Of a stretch of 64,000 nucleotides of DNA, positions 38,701 to 51,591 are shown piece after piece. Below the pieces are notes generated by a model, which was given only the letters and a program-made list of their open reading frames with translations, searched no databases and was not told where the DNA came from. The stretch is taken from assembly GCA_977017645.1 (NCBI GenBank), contig OZ360221.1, forward strand, positions 183,520,001-183,584,000, given 5' to 3'. Source of the stretch: Torpedo marmorata (lineage: Eukaryota). The stretch's first letter is position 1. Every line of letters begins with the position of its first letter. The position numbers and the translations under genes are program-made.

Positions 38701-39260
38701 GAAAGGTAACAATTGATAAGGAATAGTCAGCATGGCTTTGTGCGTGGGAAATCGTGCCACAGAAATTTAATTGGAGGTACAAAGGGACTTGGGAGTCCTT
38801 GTGCAGTATACCCTAAAGGTTCATCTCCAGGTTGAATCGATGGTGAAGAAGGTGAATGCAATTTTGGCATTTGTATCTCGAGGAATACGATATAAGAGCA
38901 GGGATGTGATGTTGAGGCTTTATAAGGCCTGGTGAGGCCTGACTTGGAGTACAAGGTACAGTTTTGGGCTCCTTATTTAAGAAAGGATGTTCTGGCATTG
39001 GAGAGGGTTCAGAGAAGATTTACAAAAATGATTCCTGGAATAAAGGGATTAGCATATGAGGAATGTTTGACGGCTCTTGGACTGTACTTCTTGGAGTTCA
39101 GAAGAATGAGGGGGGACATCAAAGAAGCATTTAGAATGTTGAAAGGCCTGGACCAAATAGATGGGGCAAAGTTGTTTTCTATGGTATGGGAGTCCAGGAC
39201 AAGAGGGCACAACTTCAGGATTGGTGCACCCTTTAAAACAGAGTTGTGGAGGAATATCTT
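35790..39260 (+). mobile_element. Patchwork of older CR1 fragments, split by an L1
   Basis: aactacaggcca, cagcatggctttgtg, RPDLEYKVQFWAPYLRKD (ORF 38932-39303). Confidence 0.75.
36510..38700 (-). mobile_element. L1-clade LINE, ~2.2 kb 3' part
   Basis: TRQGCPLSP, FADD, YLG and CFRC..HSSWLC in ORFs spanning 36914-38574. Confidence 0.92.
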
Positions 39261-39261
39261 T

Positions 39262-39385
39262 AGCCCGAAACGTTGGTTATGTATCTTTATCTTTGCTATA
39301 TAAAGTTCGCTATTTGACCTGCTGAGTTTCTCCAGCATTGTGTTTTTACTTCAATCACTGCATCTGCAGACTTTCATGTTTTTAC
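39262..39385 (+). mobile_element. Penelope terminal repeat fragment
   Basis: agcccgaaacgttggttatgtat...gtttctccagc matches 6222-6345. Confidence 0.8.
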
Positions 39386-40009
39386 CCAAAATGTAGTGGA
39401 GGGTTGTTTATCAGGAAAAGAGATGATAGGTTTTTAAAAAGGCAGATAGAGGAAAGTAGTTCCCATTGACAATGGGTTCAAGGAAAAGTAAAGACAGAAA
39501 ATACAAGAGGAATGTGTGGCAAGTCACAGGATTGTGCAGTGATAATGAGGTGGAATTCACTCTCTGTAAGGCTGATGGAAATAGAATTAGCTCAATGGCC
39601 TCCTTCTGAGATGTAAAAATTCTATGACTCCCAGGATTTACTTGGATGGAATTTCTGCTCATCAAACACAAAACATGTTGTGTAACAAATCAGTCAGTAG
39701 AGGGCTGAGAGAGGAGACAATTCTCTGAATACCTTTATTTCTTGAACACTCCAGGTGAGCCAAAAGAAGGAGCTGTTAAGATAATTGCCTGGGCTCACAA
39801 GTGCCCCTGGGTAATGGACTCCAAACATTAAGTGATGTTGACAGAATCAACGCACTGGCCTATATATTTCAGTCAATGGTGAAGAAATGATGCTGAATTT
39901 GAAGAAACTTGACCTTAAGAGGTCCAGCAATCTCAATGGTAGGGAACAGACAATTCATGAGGAATTTTCAGGATTTGAAGTCCAGATATCTGTAAGCATG
40001 AACACCAAT

Positions 40010-40738
40010 GTTGGAAGGGTGAGCAAATTTACGTTCTTGGGAGTCACTATCTCGGAGGATCTTTCCTGGACCCAACGCACCAATGGCATCGTGAAGAAAG
40101 CACGTCAGCGCCTCTACTTCCTCAGGAGTTTGCAGAGGTTTGGTATGACACCAGAAACCCTGACAAATTTCTACAGATGTGTGGTGGAAAGTGTGCTGGA
40201 TCACGGTCTGGTATGGGGACACCAATACCCCTGAGGGTAAAGCCTTCCAAAAGGTAGTGGACACAGCCCAGGACATCACAGGCAAAACCCTCCCCACTAT
40301 CAAGAACATCTACAGGGAACGCTGCCATCGGAGACCAGCAGCAATCATCAAGGATCCACACCACCCAGCACACGCTCTGTTCTCGCTGCTGCCATCAGGA
40401 AAGAGGTATAGGTGCCACAAGACTCACGCCACCAGGTTCAGGAACAGCTGCTACCCCTCCACCATCAGACTCCTCAACAACAAACTCAATCAGGGACTCA
40501 TTTAAGGACTCTTACTTGTGCACTTTATTGATTTTTTTTATTCTCTCTGTATTGCACAGTCAGTTTGTTTACATTCGTTATCTGTTTACAGTTCTTTATT
40601 TGTTTACATGTATACGCTGTGTACAGTTTTTTTTTGCTCTACCAATAAGTGTAATTCTGCCTCGCCCGCAGAAAAAAAGAATCTCAGGGTTGTATGTGAT
40701 GTCATGTATGTACTCTGACAATAAATCTGAAATCTGAA
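40010..40738 (+). mobile_element. Rex1/Babar LINE, 3' fragment (second subfamily)
   Basis: FTFLGVTISEDLSW..KKARQRLYFLR; tail gacaataaatctgaaatctgaa. Confidence 0.9.
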
Positions 40739-41586
40739 TGGGAGACCACAAGAAGTTTCAACAGGCAAGGCACAAATAATCTTGGTTGGCTTTATGGAAA
40801 AACTGTGGAGGAACAGGGCTAAGGAAGAAATTGAAGACACAGATAAAGATTTTAAAATCAACATATTGCTTAACCATAAGTGAGAAATACACACCTGCAT
40901 ATGCCTGAAGCAGGAAACAGCTGGATTGAGTTTTAGGTCAGTAATCTTGGTGAACCCTACTTAACAGTGCCATGAGATACGAGGGAGTAAAAGGCAGGTT
41001 GGTTTAATCCCATTCTAGAGACCATCTCTCTAAATGCAAAGCCCTCCCTCAATATCATCTTGTGTTGTTAATCTAGAGTTTGTGTTTATGCTTCTGCATT
41101 AAATCTTGAACCTTAATATCAGAAGCATAACTTTCCTAATTTTATATGCCTGCTGCAACTCCACCAGCAACAGACATGTATTGAGGTTTCACCTTTGGCA
41201 CTGTATAACATCACAAAGTGCAAGGAAAACTTTACAGGAACCATAGCGTTATCAAAGTGGCAGGTTTTAAAGTCTATCTTGAAAGAGGATGGGGAGGCAG
41301 AGCAGTGAGGAATTACAGAACTTGTGGCCTTATCACAACTGCTAATGGTTGCTCAATGAATGTCTCAGTCTTGCTCAAGTGATCAGAATTGGAGCAGTGC
41401 AATGCTCAGAAGGGTTAGGGTTAGGTAAGGCTGGAGGAGACTGAGGTAACAAGCCTATAAAAGATTTGAAATCAAGAATGAAGATTGAAAATCAAGGCAT
41501 TGCTCATTATTGATAAGATATGATGGGTGAATAGAAATTGGAGAGTTAGAATACAAACAGCAAAATTTTGGATGATTTCTGATTCA

Positions 41587-41834
41587 AGCACCAATAGCCT
41601 GAATACAACTGGGATTGTCTGATCTCGGAAGCTAAGCAGGCACAGGACTGGTCAGTACTTGGAGGGGAGACCGCCAAGGAACACCAGTTGCTGTAGGTTT
41701 CTGTGAGGGGCGCTGGACAAAATAGCGACCCTCTGTCTGCCTTACAGTAGACAAAAATTAAAGAATTTCATGTATGTTACATTCTAAATGTAGTATTACG
41801 TGACAATAATGGAACCTTTACCTTTTTACCTTTA
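41587..41834 (+). mobile_element. 5S rRNA-derived SINE (SINE3)
   Basis: Head gtctgatctcggaagctaagcagg...agtacttggaggggagaccgcc...gctgtagg resembles the 5S internal control region; then unique body and (accttt)n tail. Confidence 0.92.
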
Positions 41835-42469
41835 GTGGTAGAAAACAGTTATTTTGTTAATATGTTGTAAAATGTCTGTTTTATATTTAGATCAAGTGAT
41901 CAGATCAATTACTAAAATTAATCTTGCATTTAATTACAGAGTCTGATTGCATCAGACTACAGGCGGGAAGGTACAGACGAGAACTCAGCAATGGATTAGT
42001 CCATTGCTATTTATTCTCCCAATCAATGAGAAATAATCTATTGATATTTGCTTTGCATTCAATGCCAGCACTATAAATGCAACTTTAAATGACAACACTT
42101 CAATATCTGTTGAAGCAGAACCAGAATCAATATATAATCATAGGTTTAGGCTCTATTTAAGTCTGAAACCATTTCTTGCCAAGTTTTCACTGTCATTGAC
42201 AGGTCTATTGTTCATTAGGTGTTGCAATCTGGAGGACAATGACTGTATCTCTACTAACTGAAGTCAAACATCATTATGATGGATGGACTTGTAATCTAAT
42301 GCCATCTGCTTATTAACCATTCATCATATTGAATCTGAGATTCTTCAGTTATTTATTACATGACGACAATATCAATACAAAACATCTACAAGATAAAATG
42401 TATTCTCCATTAATTATGTTCCACATGTAGGCTAATTATTTTGGCTCATGGTTAATACAATCGTGGAGA

Positions 42470-42690
42470 GGTATGAGCAAAAACCAGGCAGACGCCTGAA
42501 TCTAGAGAAAAAAGCCGAGGTGATAGGGTGTCGGGGTAGCACTCTGAATGGAGAGCGAAGGGAATGGGGTGGGGATTTGGAGGAAAGGAGACAGAGGGGT
42601 AGGGAAAGTGTGAAACTCGGGGGAAGGGTTTAACAAAAACTAGAGATGTTGATGTGAATGCTGTCTGGTTGCAGAATGCCTAGTTAATAT
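42470..42690 (-). mobile_element. Degenerate Penelope 3' remnant
   Basis: gttgatgtgaatgctgtctggttg resembles 2850-2876. Confidence 0.5.
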
Positions 42691-44120
42691 ATTGTGTCGG
42701 GACAAAGTGTAAGTATGAAGAAGCTTAATAAAATGTTCAGGAAATAAAAGACAAATGACAATTAGTCCATTGTTACTCGATGTGAAATGAAACTTTTACT
42801 CATCTGTATTAACATCCTAACATTTGAAAAAGAAAATGAAAGCTCCAGTATTGGAACATACACCATTTTCACAAAATATGCAAATAAATTCGGCAGAGAA
42901 GAGCATGGAATGAAAATGGAATAATCCACTTTATCATGTACCTGTATTACAGCTTTCTCAGCACAGAGAATTTTATTAGAATTCATGCTTGGTAGAAAGA
43001 GGTGTGGCATCATCAAGATGTAATGGTAAGAATGCTGGAATGTGGCAGTGCTCGTGAACTGAAGATAGCCACAATGCAGTCCCAGGAGGTTCATTTTCTG
43101 TTTGAAACTTCTAAAGAAAAATACTTAAGATTATGGATGGTAGTTTTCACTTTTTATCCTATTCTACATGACTGCTTTGAGTCGGTAGACTGGTCCACAT
43201 TCAAAAGCTCAATGACCAACCTTAACAAATATGCCACTGCCATCACAGACTTCATCAGCAAGTGTATAGTGAACTACATGCCAAAGAAAACAATCTGAGT
43301 ATTCAGCAACTAGAAACAGAAGCTGAACCAGGAGATCCACTCCCGAAAGTCAAGTATGAAACATTCAATTTAGGCACTAACTTCCCAAGACTATCAGGGA
43401 TGCCAAAAAGCAATACCAGACCAAGATGGAGTCCCAGATGAACCTCACAAAGACCCGTCAATTGTGGCAAGGCATGCATACTATTACAGGCTACAAAGTG
43501 AAATTGGGTAGAACCATGGACAATGCATCCCTCCCAGACAAGCTCGAAGTATTCTACGTTCACACTGAACAGAATGTCAGTGAATCAACGTTGCCTGCCT
43601 CATCAGCCTCTTGCACACCTTTACCCAAGTTCCAAATAAACTTGCCTTCAAACTCCTGGGCCTACATATCAGTGTCTCCCTCTGCATATGGTTCCTCACC
43701 TTCCTGACCTGCAGAATGCAATCAGTGGCGATGGATGACAACACCTCCTGTCTGATAATTCTCAACACTGGCACCCTGCAAGGTTTCGTACTTAGCCCCT
43801 TACTATGCTCCCTATATGCTCTGACTGTGTGGCCAACTGTGCTCTTACTTCATTTCCAAGTCTGCAGATGAGACCACTGTCATCAGCCAGATCTCAAACA
43901 ATGACAAGACAAAGTACAGGAAGAAGATAGAGAGACTGGTGGGATGGTGCCTGGATAACAATGTAATCGCTGGTCATTGACTTGTAGAAAGGGATGGATC
44001 ACATGCCTCTGCCTGTATCAGCAGTGCTAAGGTGCAGACAGTGGACAGCTTCACATTTTTTGATGTCAACATCACCAACAATCTCTCGTGATCCAAACGC
44101 ATTGATACTGTGGTCAAGAA

Positions 44121-45955
44121 AGCTTCTTTATGTATGTGAAGAGGAAAAAATTAGTTAAGATCAAAGTTGGGCCCTTGAAGACAGAAACGGGTGAAATTAG
44201 TATGGGGAACAAGGAAATGGCAGAAGAGTTGAACAGGTACTTTGGATCTGTCTTCACTAGGGATGACACAAACAACCTCCCAGATGTAATAGTGGACAGA
44301 GGACCTAGGGTAACGGAGGAACTGAAAGAAATTCACATAAGGCAGAAAATGGTGTTGGGTAGACTAATGGGACTGAAGGCTGATAAATCCCCAGGGCCTG
44401 ATGGTCTGCATCCCAGGGTACATAAGGAGGTGGCTCTAGAAATCGTGGACGCATTGGTAATCATTTTCCAATGTTCTATAGATTCAGGATCAGTTCCTCT
44501 GGATTGGAGGGTAGCTAATGTTATCCCACTTTTTAAGAAAGGAGGGAGAGAGAAAACAGGGAATTATAGACCAGTTAGCCTGACATCAGTGGTGGGGAAG
44601 ATGCTAATTATAAAAGATGAAATAGCGGCACATTTGGATAGCAGTAACAGGATCGGTGCGGGTCAGCATGGATTTACGAAGGGGAAATCATGCTTGACTA
44701 ATCTTCTGGAATTTTTTGAGGATGTAACTACGAAAATGGACAAGGGAGAGCCAGTTGATGTAGTGTACCTGGACTTTCAGAAAGCCTTTGATAAGGTCCC
44801 ACATAGGAGATTAGTGTGCAAAATTAGAGCACATGGTATTGGGGGTAGGGTACTGACATGGATAGAAAATTGGTTGGTAGACAGGAAACAAAGAGTAGGA
44901 ATTAACGGGTCCCTTTCAGAATGGCAGGCAGTGACTAGTGGGGTACCGCAAGGGTCGGTGCTGGGACCGCAGCTGTTTACAATATACATTAATGATTTAG
45001 ATGAAGGGATTAAAAGTAACATTAGCAAATTTGCAGATGACACAAAGCTGGGTGGCAGTGTGAAATGTGAGGAGGATGTAATGAGAATGCAGGGTGACTT
45101 GAACAGGTTGGGTGAGTGGGCAGATGCATGGCAGATGCGGTTTAATGTGGATAAGTGTGAGGTTATCCACTTTGGTGGCAAGAACAGGGAGGCAGACTAC
45201 TATCTGAATGGTGTCAAGTTAGGAAAAGGGGAAGTACACGAGATCTAGGTGTCCTTGTTCATCAGTCACTGAAAGTAAGCATGCAGGTACAGCAGGCAGT
45301 GAAGAAAGCTAATGGCATGTTGGCCTTCGCAACAAGGGGAGTTGAGTAAAAGAGCAAAGAGGTCCTTCTGCAGTTGTACAGGGCCCTGGTGAGATCACAC
45401 CTGGAGTATTGTGTGCAGTTTTGGTCTCCAGGTTTGAGAAAGGACATTCTTGCTATTGAGGGAGTGCAGCGTAGGTTCACGAGGTTAATTCCCGGGATGG
45501 CAGGACTGTCATATGTTGAAAGATTGGAGCGACTGGGCTTGTATACACTGGAATTTAGAAGGATGAGCGGGGATCTGATTGAAACATATAAGATTATTAA
45601 GGGATTGGACACACTAGAGGCAGGAAACATGTTCCCGATGTTGGGGGAGTCGAGAACCAGAGGCCACAGTTTAAGAGTAAGGGGTCGGCTATTTAGAACG
45701 GAGTTGAGGAAAAACTTTTTCACCCAGAGAGTTGTGGACCTGTGGAATGCTCTGCCTCAGAAGGCAGTGGAGGCCAATTCTCTGGATGCTTTTAAGAAAG
45801 AGTGAGGTAGAGCTCTTAAAGATAGTGGAGTCAAGGGATATGGGGAGAAGGCAGGAACGGGGTACTGATAGTGGATGATCAGCCATGATCACATTGAATG
45901 GCGGTGCTGGCTCGAAGGGCCAAATGGCCTACTCCTGCACCTATTATCTATTTTC
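44121..45955 (+). mobile_element. Relatively young CR1 LINE, 5'-truncated
   Basis: 372 aa RT ORF 44130-45248 (NYRPVSLTS, YLDFQKAFD, PQGSVLGP, FADD); 3' end ggcctactcctgcacctatt. Confidence 0.93.
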
Positions 45956-46214
45956 TAAAGCATACTGAAGCCCCTATTTCCCCAGAAGCCCAAAGAAATT
46001 CGGCATCTCCCCACTGTCTCTGACCAATAATTATAGATGTACCACAGAAAGTATCCTGTCGGTTGAATCAAAGCTTAGTAAGGAACTGATCTGCCCAACA
46101 TGACATGAAACTACAAAAGAGTTGTGAATGCAGCTCAGCCCATCACACAAACCAACCTCTCCTCTAATAACTTTATCTGTACTTCCCATTGTCTCGAGAA
46201 AGCAGCCACTATAT

Positions 46215-46590
46215 CAGTGGTTTTCAAACTGCCCCTCTAAACTCACATTCCACCTTAAGCAATCCCTATGCCATAAGTGCTCTGTGATTGGTAAGGGATT
46301 GCTTAAGGTGGTATGTGAGTGGGAAGGGAAGGTTGAGAACCACTGCTCTAGACCCAATTGTTACTGAAGTATTTTGCTTGAGAAAAATTGTCATTGGCCC
46401 ATTTCCTTTGGAGTTATGAAACCGTGCACATAACGAGTCAAGTAGGTACAATTAAAACAGTGGTTTTCAAACCTTTTTCTTCCCACTCACATACCACCTT
46501 AAGCAGTCCCTTACTAATCACAGAGCACTTATGGCATAGGGATTGCTTAAGGTGGAATGTGAGTTTGGGGGGGCAGTTTGAAAACCACTG
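46215..46590. mobile_element. Composite palindromic hAT MITE
   Basis: TIR cagtggttttcaaac; perfect 8 bp TSD cactatat at 46207-46214 and 46591-46598. Confidence 0.92.
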
Positions 46591-46736
46591 CACTATATTA
46601 AAGAACCCAGCTCACTCAGTAACACCCTCTCCCTCCACCCTTCTGTCAGGCAGAACAATTTAAAAATATGCATTGCCAAATTCAAGGGCAGTTTCTTTCC
46701 CACTGTGATCGAACTCTTGAACAGATCTATCAACAG

Positions 46737-46988
46737 TAAAGGAAAGGTAAAAGGTAAAGGTTCCATTATTGTCACGTAATACTACATTTAGAATGTAACA
46801 TACATGAAATTCTTTAATTTTTGTCTACCGTAAGGCAGACAGAGTTGCTACTTTGTCCAGCGCCCCTCACAGAAACCTACAGCACCTGGTGTTCCTAGGC
46901 GGTCTCCCCTCCAAGTACTGACCAGTCCTGTGCCTGCTTAGGTTCCGAGATCAGACAATCCCAGCATATTCAGGCTATTGGTGCTGGT
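46737..46988 (-). mobile_element. 5S rRNA-derived SINE (SINE3)
   Basis: Reverse complement matches 41587-41834. Confidence 0.92.
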
Positions 46989-48959
46989 AATAGATTACCT
47001 CTTCATATCACAAACACGACATTGTCACGATCCTCATGCAGTACTTTTTTTAAATTGAATTTCTCTCTTTAACGCTATACTCTGCATTTTTGTTTTCTTA
47101 TTCACTACCTGCTGTACTGAAGAATGGGTTGATTTGCCTGGATAACATGCTAAACAAAGCTTTTTACAGTATCTTGATGCATGTGGCAACAATTCAATTT
47201 AATTGCCATTCTTTAGGATTAAGCCTTATGGATCCAAGTTGAGAAGTGCAGGTAGGCCGTGGGGGTGGGGGTGGGGGGGGGGGGGGTGGGGTGGGTGGTG
47301 GAATTAAGGCAGCAACAGGAAGAGGAAGCCAGAATCTCATCTGTGGCTTCATGCAAATGGTCCTTTGGACAACCAAATTGAATATACAACCAGGAAACAT
47401 TAAGGAGAAGTGAGCAAGCTTAATTGTTGCACAACAAAGCATTATGGAAACAAGCTAATGCAACCCAGCACAGCCCAAAGTGCTAAAATGAAAAGCATGA
47501 TTGACAAGAAACGTGTGAACATTAAGACTGCTTTAACCACAAAGGCAAATTGAGAGAATATTTTTTCTTTTTGATAGGAATACATAGGTCAGCACAACAT
47601 CGAGGGCCGAAGGGCCTGTACTGTGCGGTAGTGTTCTATGTTCTGGGATAATTTGCAGGTTGGAACTGGGGAATACACATTCAAATTCAGTATTTTTTTT
47701 CAAATATCCTATTATTTAGCATTAAAAATCACATTACAATGCATTTAAATAAAAAGTTAGTATTTGTTCATAGAGGAGAAAAAGGATTTCCTTGGACTCA
47801 ACAAAAGCAGGGTGATCAGGCTGACAATGATAATCCATCCAGGTAAATGGATTCAGTCAACTGTTTTAAATTGTGAAAGATTTGTTCAACGTGGCATTCT
47901 TTCTTACAGCCTCACATTAAGGCATGACAAATAATCCAATAACTTTAATCATTAAGATCCAATAATAAAAATGCAGTTAGTAGTTGAACAAGCACAGGGT
48001 ATGAATGGAAATGCGTGTTACAATTTGTTTTTATTACCACATTTTTCTTATTCACACTCACTGCAAGTTAGCTTTCAGGGATGTTGTACCTTTTTTGTGA
48101 ATTAAAACTTGACATTGGCTACAAAGCTAATGGCTGTGCAAAACATCAGGCTATTTCAGTCAATGTCTACTAAACAATGGTTAACCTGCACAAGTTATTA
48201 GCTCAAAATATCATTAATAATGAGTGCAAACTTTGAATAAATCACTTAAACTTTCACAATACTGCAAACACAAAATACTAGAGATACTGGAAATCTGAAA
48301 TTTAAACAAAAAGAATGCCAGAAATATAAAACAAGCCACACAGCTTCTGTTCAGAAACAGAATTAATGTTTCAACAATCTTTTTCTCCCCATCATTTAGT
48401 CCCTGTGTGTTCTCAGATGTTATTGATCAGCTATGACTATGGCAAGGATAAATCCCAGGGAACACCAGAGGCAACGCTGCAGGTGTGGGAGTCAAACAAT
48501 TACAGGTGCCTCAGTGATTATACCCAGAATAACAAGAGTGGAGGCAAGAGAGTTCAATTTCAGTGCTTGTATAATGCATATGACAAGAAACTCATTATCA
48601 TCAATTCCACCCAACAGAACAACAAAGAAGCAGTGAAGAAAGATAGCTATGTTGACCAAGTCAGAGGTAAATCACGAAAATCAGTAGACACCGTGGTTGA
48701 AGTAAAAAACACAAATGCTGGAGAAGCTCAGCAGGTCAAACAGTGTCCTTTATGTAGCAAAGGTAGAAATACATAACCGACATTTCTGTTATGTATATAT
48801 GCCTGCGTGCGTATAACATCATCACGTTGGGCGTGATGACGTCCTCACTCATGTATACTGTGTGTGGCGAGAGAACCATTTTAGATTTGTATTAAACAGT
48901 TAATGAAGCATCATGCCTTCGTCTGCAGTGTATTTCTAAACATAGAATACATGACAGAT

Positions 48960-48977
48960 TGGCGACGAGGATGGGAT
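48960..48977 (+). promoter_or_regulatory. Primer binding site, tRNA-Ser(GCU)-like
   Basis: TGGCGACGAGGATGGGAT is complementary to the ..ATCCCATCCTCGTCGCCA 3' end of vertebrate tRNA-Ser(GCU), recalled rather than searched. Confidence 0.8.
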
Positions 48978-50325
48978 AGGGTGCTCTGCGGACAGCTTCG
49001 GTACCCGCGGTGTCCATTCGGACTTCTTCACTGTTAATTGTAAAGCCTAAATATGTTACTGAAGGTACCATAAATACACACTTGTCTCGGCGCAGACGGA
49101 CGTTTGCTTGTTGCAATCGCGTTAGGACTTTTTATAGGTTGAATAGGTGTTCAGAGTCGTCCCGGCCTGTAATTATAATGTCATCAAGGTAACTGATACG
49201 CCCATCAATAACTCCAAAAGACTAGAAGTTACACAAGAACTAAAAGGCTTTTATTAGCTACAGAATGGAGCTACATTCGTGCTGGTGATCTGTCCCAGAT
49301 TGGGGGAGGAGTTGTGGCACAATGGCCTTTATTCAAGGGGGGTAGTGGGAGGAGCCACCGGAAAAGTCAGCAGGGCATGTCCAAACCTATCACCAGCCCA
49401 CAATACATATACAGTGGTTTACCACAGTAACATCCTACATTAATGCCATGTAATAATTTGTCTATGGTCGCTTGAAATATTGCCGGGGCTGCTGATATCC
49501 CATATGGCATTCGGGTATAGGTGAATAACCCTAAGTGAGTATTGATTGCCACATATTTCTTTGAGTCTTCATCCAGTTCTATTTGTTGGTATGCTTGCGA
49601 TAAGTCCAGCTTTGTAAATTTCTTTCCTCCGTTCAGGGCTTGGAATAATTCTTCTGCTTTAGGCATAGGATGTTCTGGTATTTGCAAAGCTTGGTTAATA
49701 GTGACTTTATAATCACCACAAATTCAGATTTCTCCGTTGGCTTTGCGCACTGGCACGAAGGGTGCTGCCCAATCACTGTATTGGATTCTTTCCAGTATTC
49801 CCTCTTTTTCCAATCTGTGAAGTTCTGATTCAATTTTTTCTTTTATTGCAAATGGTACTGTTCTGGGTTTAAAGAACTTTGGTTCCACCTCTGACTTCAG
49901 GTGTAATTTTGCCTGGACTCCTTGGATTTTTCCTAGGCTTTTTTCGAAAACCGTCTGGTATTTCTTGAGAACTGGCTCTAGTTTTTGCTTAGCCTTTTCT
50001 TCCAGGCCTAAGTTCATTATGGATCTAATTTCCATCCAGTCCAGTTGAATGTGTGATAGCCAGTTCCTTCCGAACAGTGCGGGCCCCTTGGTGTCAACGA
50101 TGTAGAGGGGTAATCTTTTTTGTGTTTGATCTTTATATTTCACATTTTCCAAACACCTTGACCTTCTCCCCAGTGACTGATTTTAACACCGTGTCGGCCT
50201 CTTTAATGGTGAGGTGGGGTAGTAGTCATCTTTTTTAAAATAGTGGCATTAATGACGCTGCTGCCCCTGTGTCCAACTCCATTCAAAGAGGTTCGTTATT
50301 AATTTTCACTTCAACGTAAAATTCC
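48978..50325 (-). pseudogene. Gypsy protease + RT segment (inverted)
   Basis: LDTGA at about 50260-50276, WAAPFVPVRK, KLDLSQAY, MPYGISAAPAIFQ, CYLDD, YLG. Confidence 0.9.
49194..49426 (-). mobile_element. Solo LTR of a second LTR family
   Basis: TG...CA termini, 5 bp TSD gtaac (49189-49193 and 49427-49431), AATAAA on the minus strand. Confidence 0.88.
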
Positions 50326-50399
50326 TATTTTTTTTATCGTTCAATCCGCGAACATACATGACTTGTCTTCTTCCGAGTTGTTTGTTTCAGTGCTGGTGC

Positions 50400-51591
50400 T
50401 GGTATTTTATCCGAGCTCCATAACAACCACCCCGGGATGGTTCGAATGAAGGCATTGGCACGTATGCATGTCTGGTGGCCCTCAATAGGCATTGATATTG
50501 AACAAACAGTAAGAAGATGTGGCATTTGTCAAGATATGCAACCCAAAGCTCCTCAAGCCGAAGCTAATCCATGGAAATGGCCATCGCAACCATGGCACAG
50601 AATTCACATTGATTTCGCTAGTCCATTTATGGGAGAAAATTTCCTCATTGTTGTTGATGCACACTCTAAATGGCCAGTGGTATCCCACATGAAAAAAACA
50701 ATAGACCAGACAATTGAAAGACTACGAAATATATTTGCGTTATATGGATTGCCTATTGAACTGGTTTCCGATAATGGTCCACAGTTCGTATTGGATGCTT
50801 TTAAAGTATTCCTACGCAATAACAGTATACGACACGTCTTATCAGCACCCTACCACCCCAGCACTAATAGAGAAGCAGAACGTTTTGTACAAACTTTCAA
50901 AAAAGTCATGAAAACTAAAAAACTCCTAAACGCACCATGGAATCACAAAATCGCAGATTTCCTATTAGGATATAGAAACACGCCCCACTCTACAACCAAA
51001 AGAACACCGGCTGAATTAATGTTTGGACGTAACTTAAGAACAAGACTTTCCACAGTACACCCGAACATCAGCCTTCGCATAGAGCAATCCACGTCTCCAA
51101 GTAAACCTACCAGATCTCTAGAAGTGGGAGAGCGAGTACTGGTACGGGATGACCGAGAAAATAAAGAGCCGTGGATAAGAGGGGTTATTCTTAAAAAACG
51201 AAGACCCTGTTCTTATTCTATACTGGTGGGAACTAAAATATGGAAACGACACATCAACCAGTTGAGAGCAGTAGATGATCCTATGGCCACGCCCTCGGCT
51301 CAAGATCCTGATGAGCTTCCAGATGAGATTCCCTGGGCTCCAGAAATATCCTCAACAGAGCAGTCCTCAACTGAGCAGTCCTACATTACGTCCTCTTCAA
51401 CAACCCAGTCCTATACAACTGCCGAGTGGGGTTCGCCAAAGATCATGTTCACAGTGCTTGCCACCAACCGAGGTACTACCCCAAAAGGCAAAGAGTCCGC
51501 AAAATATCCCGACGGAGTCGACCTCTCTGAGACGATCAAAACGGGTAAAACGTACGCCAGAACGACTGAAAGATTATGTTCAGTGACTTAA
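50400..51591 (+). pseudogene. Gypsy integrase (open frame 50437-51591)
   Basis: HxxHPG...CxxC, HIDF, SDNGPQF, PYHPSTNREAER, YRNTPH. Confidence 0.92.

Larger units (their letters stand above)
43145..47205 (+). mobile_element. Old Rex1-like LINE hosting CR1, hAT MITE and SINE3 insertions
   Basis: DCFESVDW, RQLWQG, GTLQGFVLSPLL; continues after 45957. Confidence 0.75.

Noticed and set aside
41587-41700. Functional 5S rRNA gene
   Set aside because: 5' part is diverged and the head is fused to a dispersed body and tail; it is a SINE3 head
48366-48776. 136 aa ORF as a Gypsy gag or accessory gene
   Set aside because: Lies outside the LTRs and runs into the Penelope repeat
50437-51591. Domesticated integrase gene
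   Set aside because: Still inside LTRs with PBS and PPT, the upstream pol is lost by rearrangement, and there is no evidence of expression or selection
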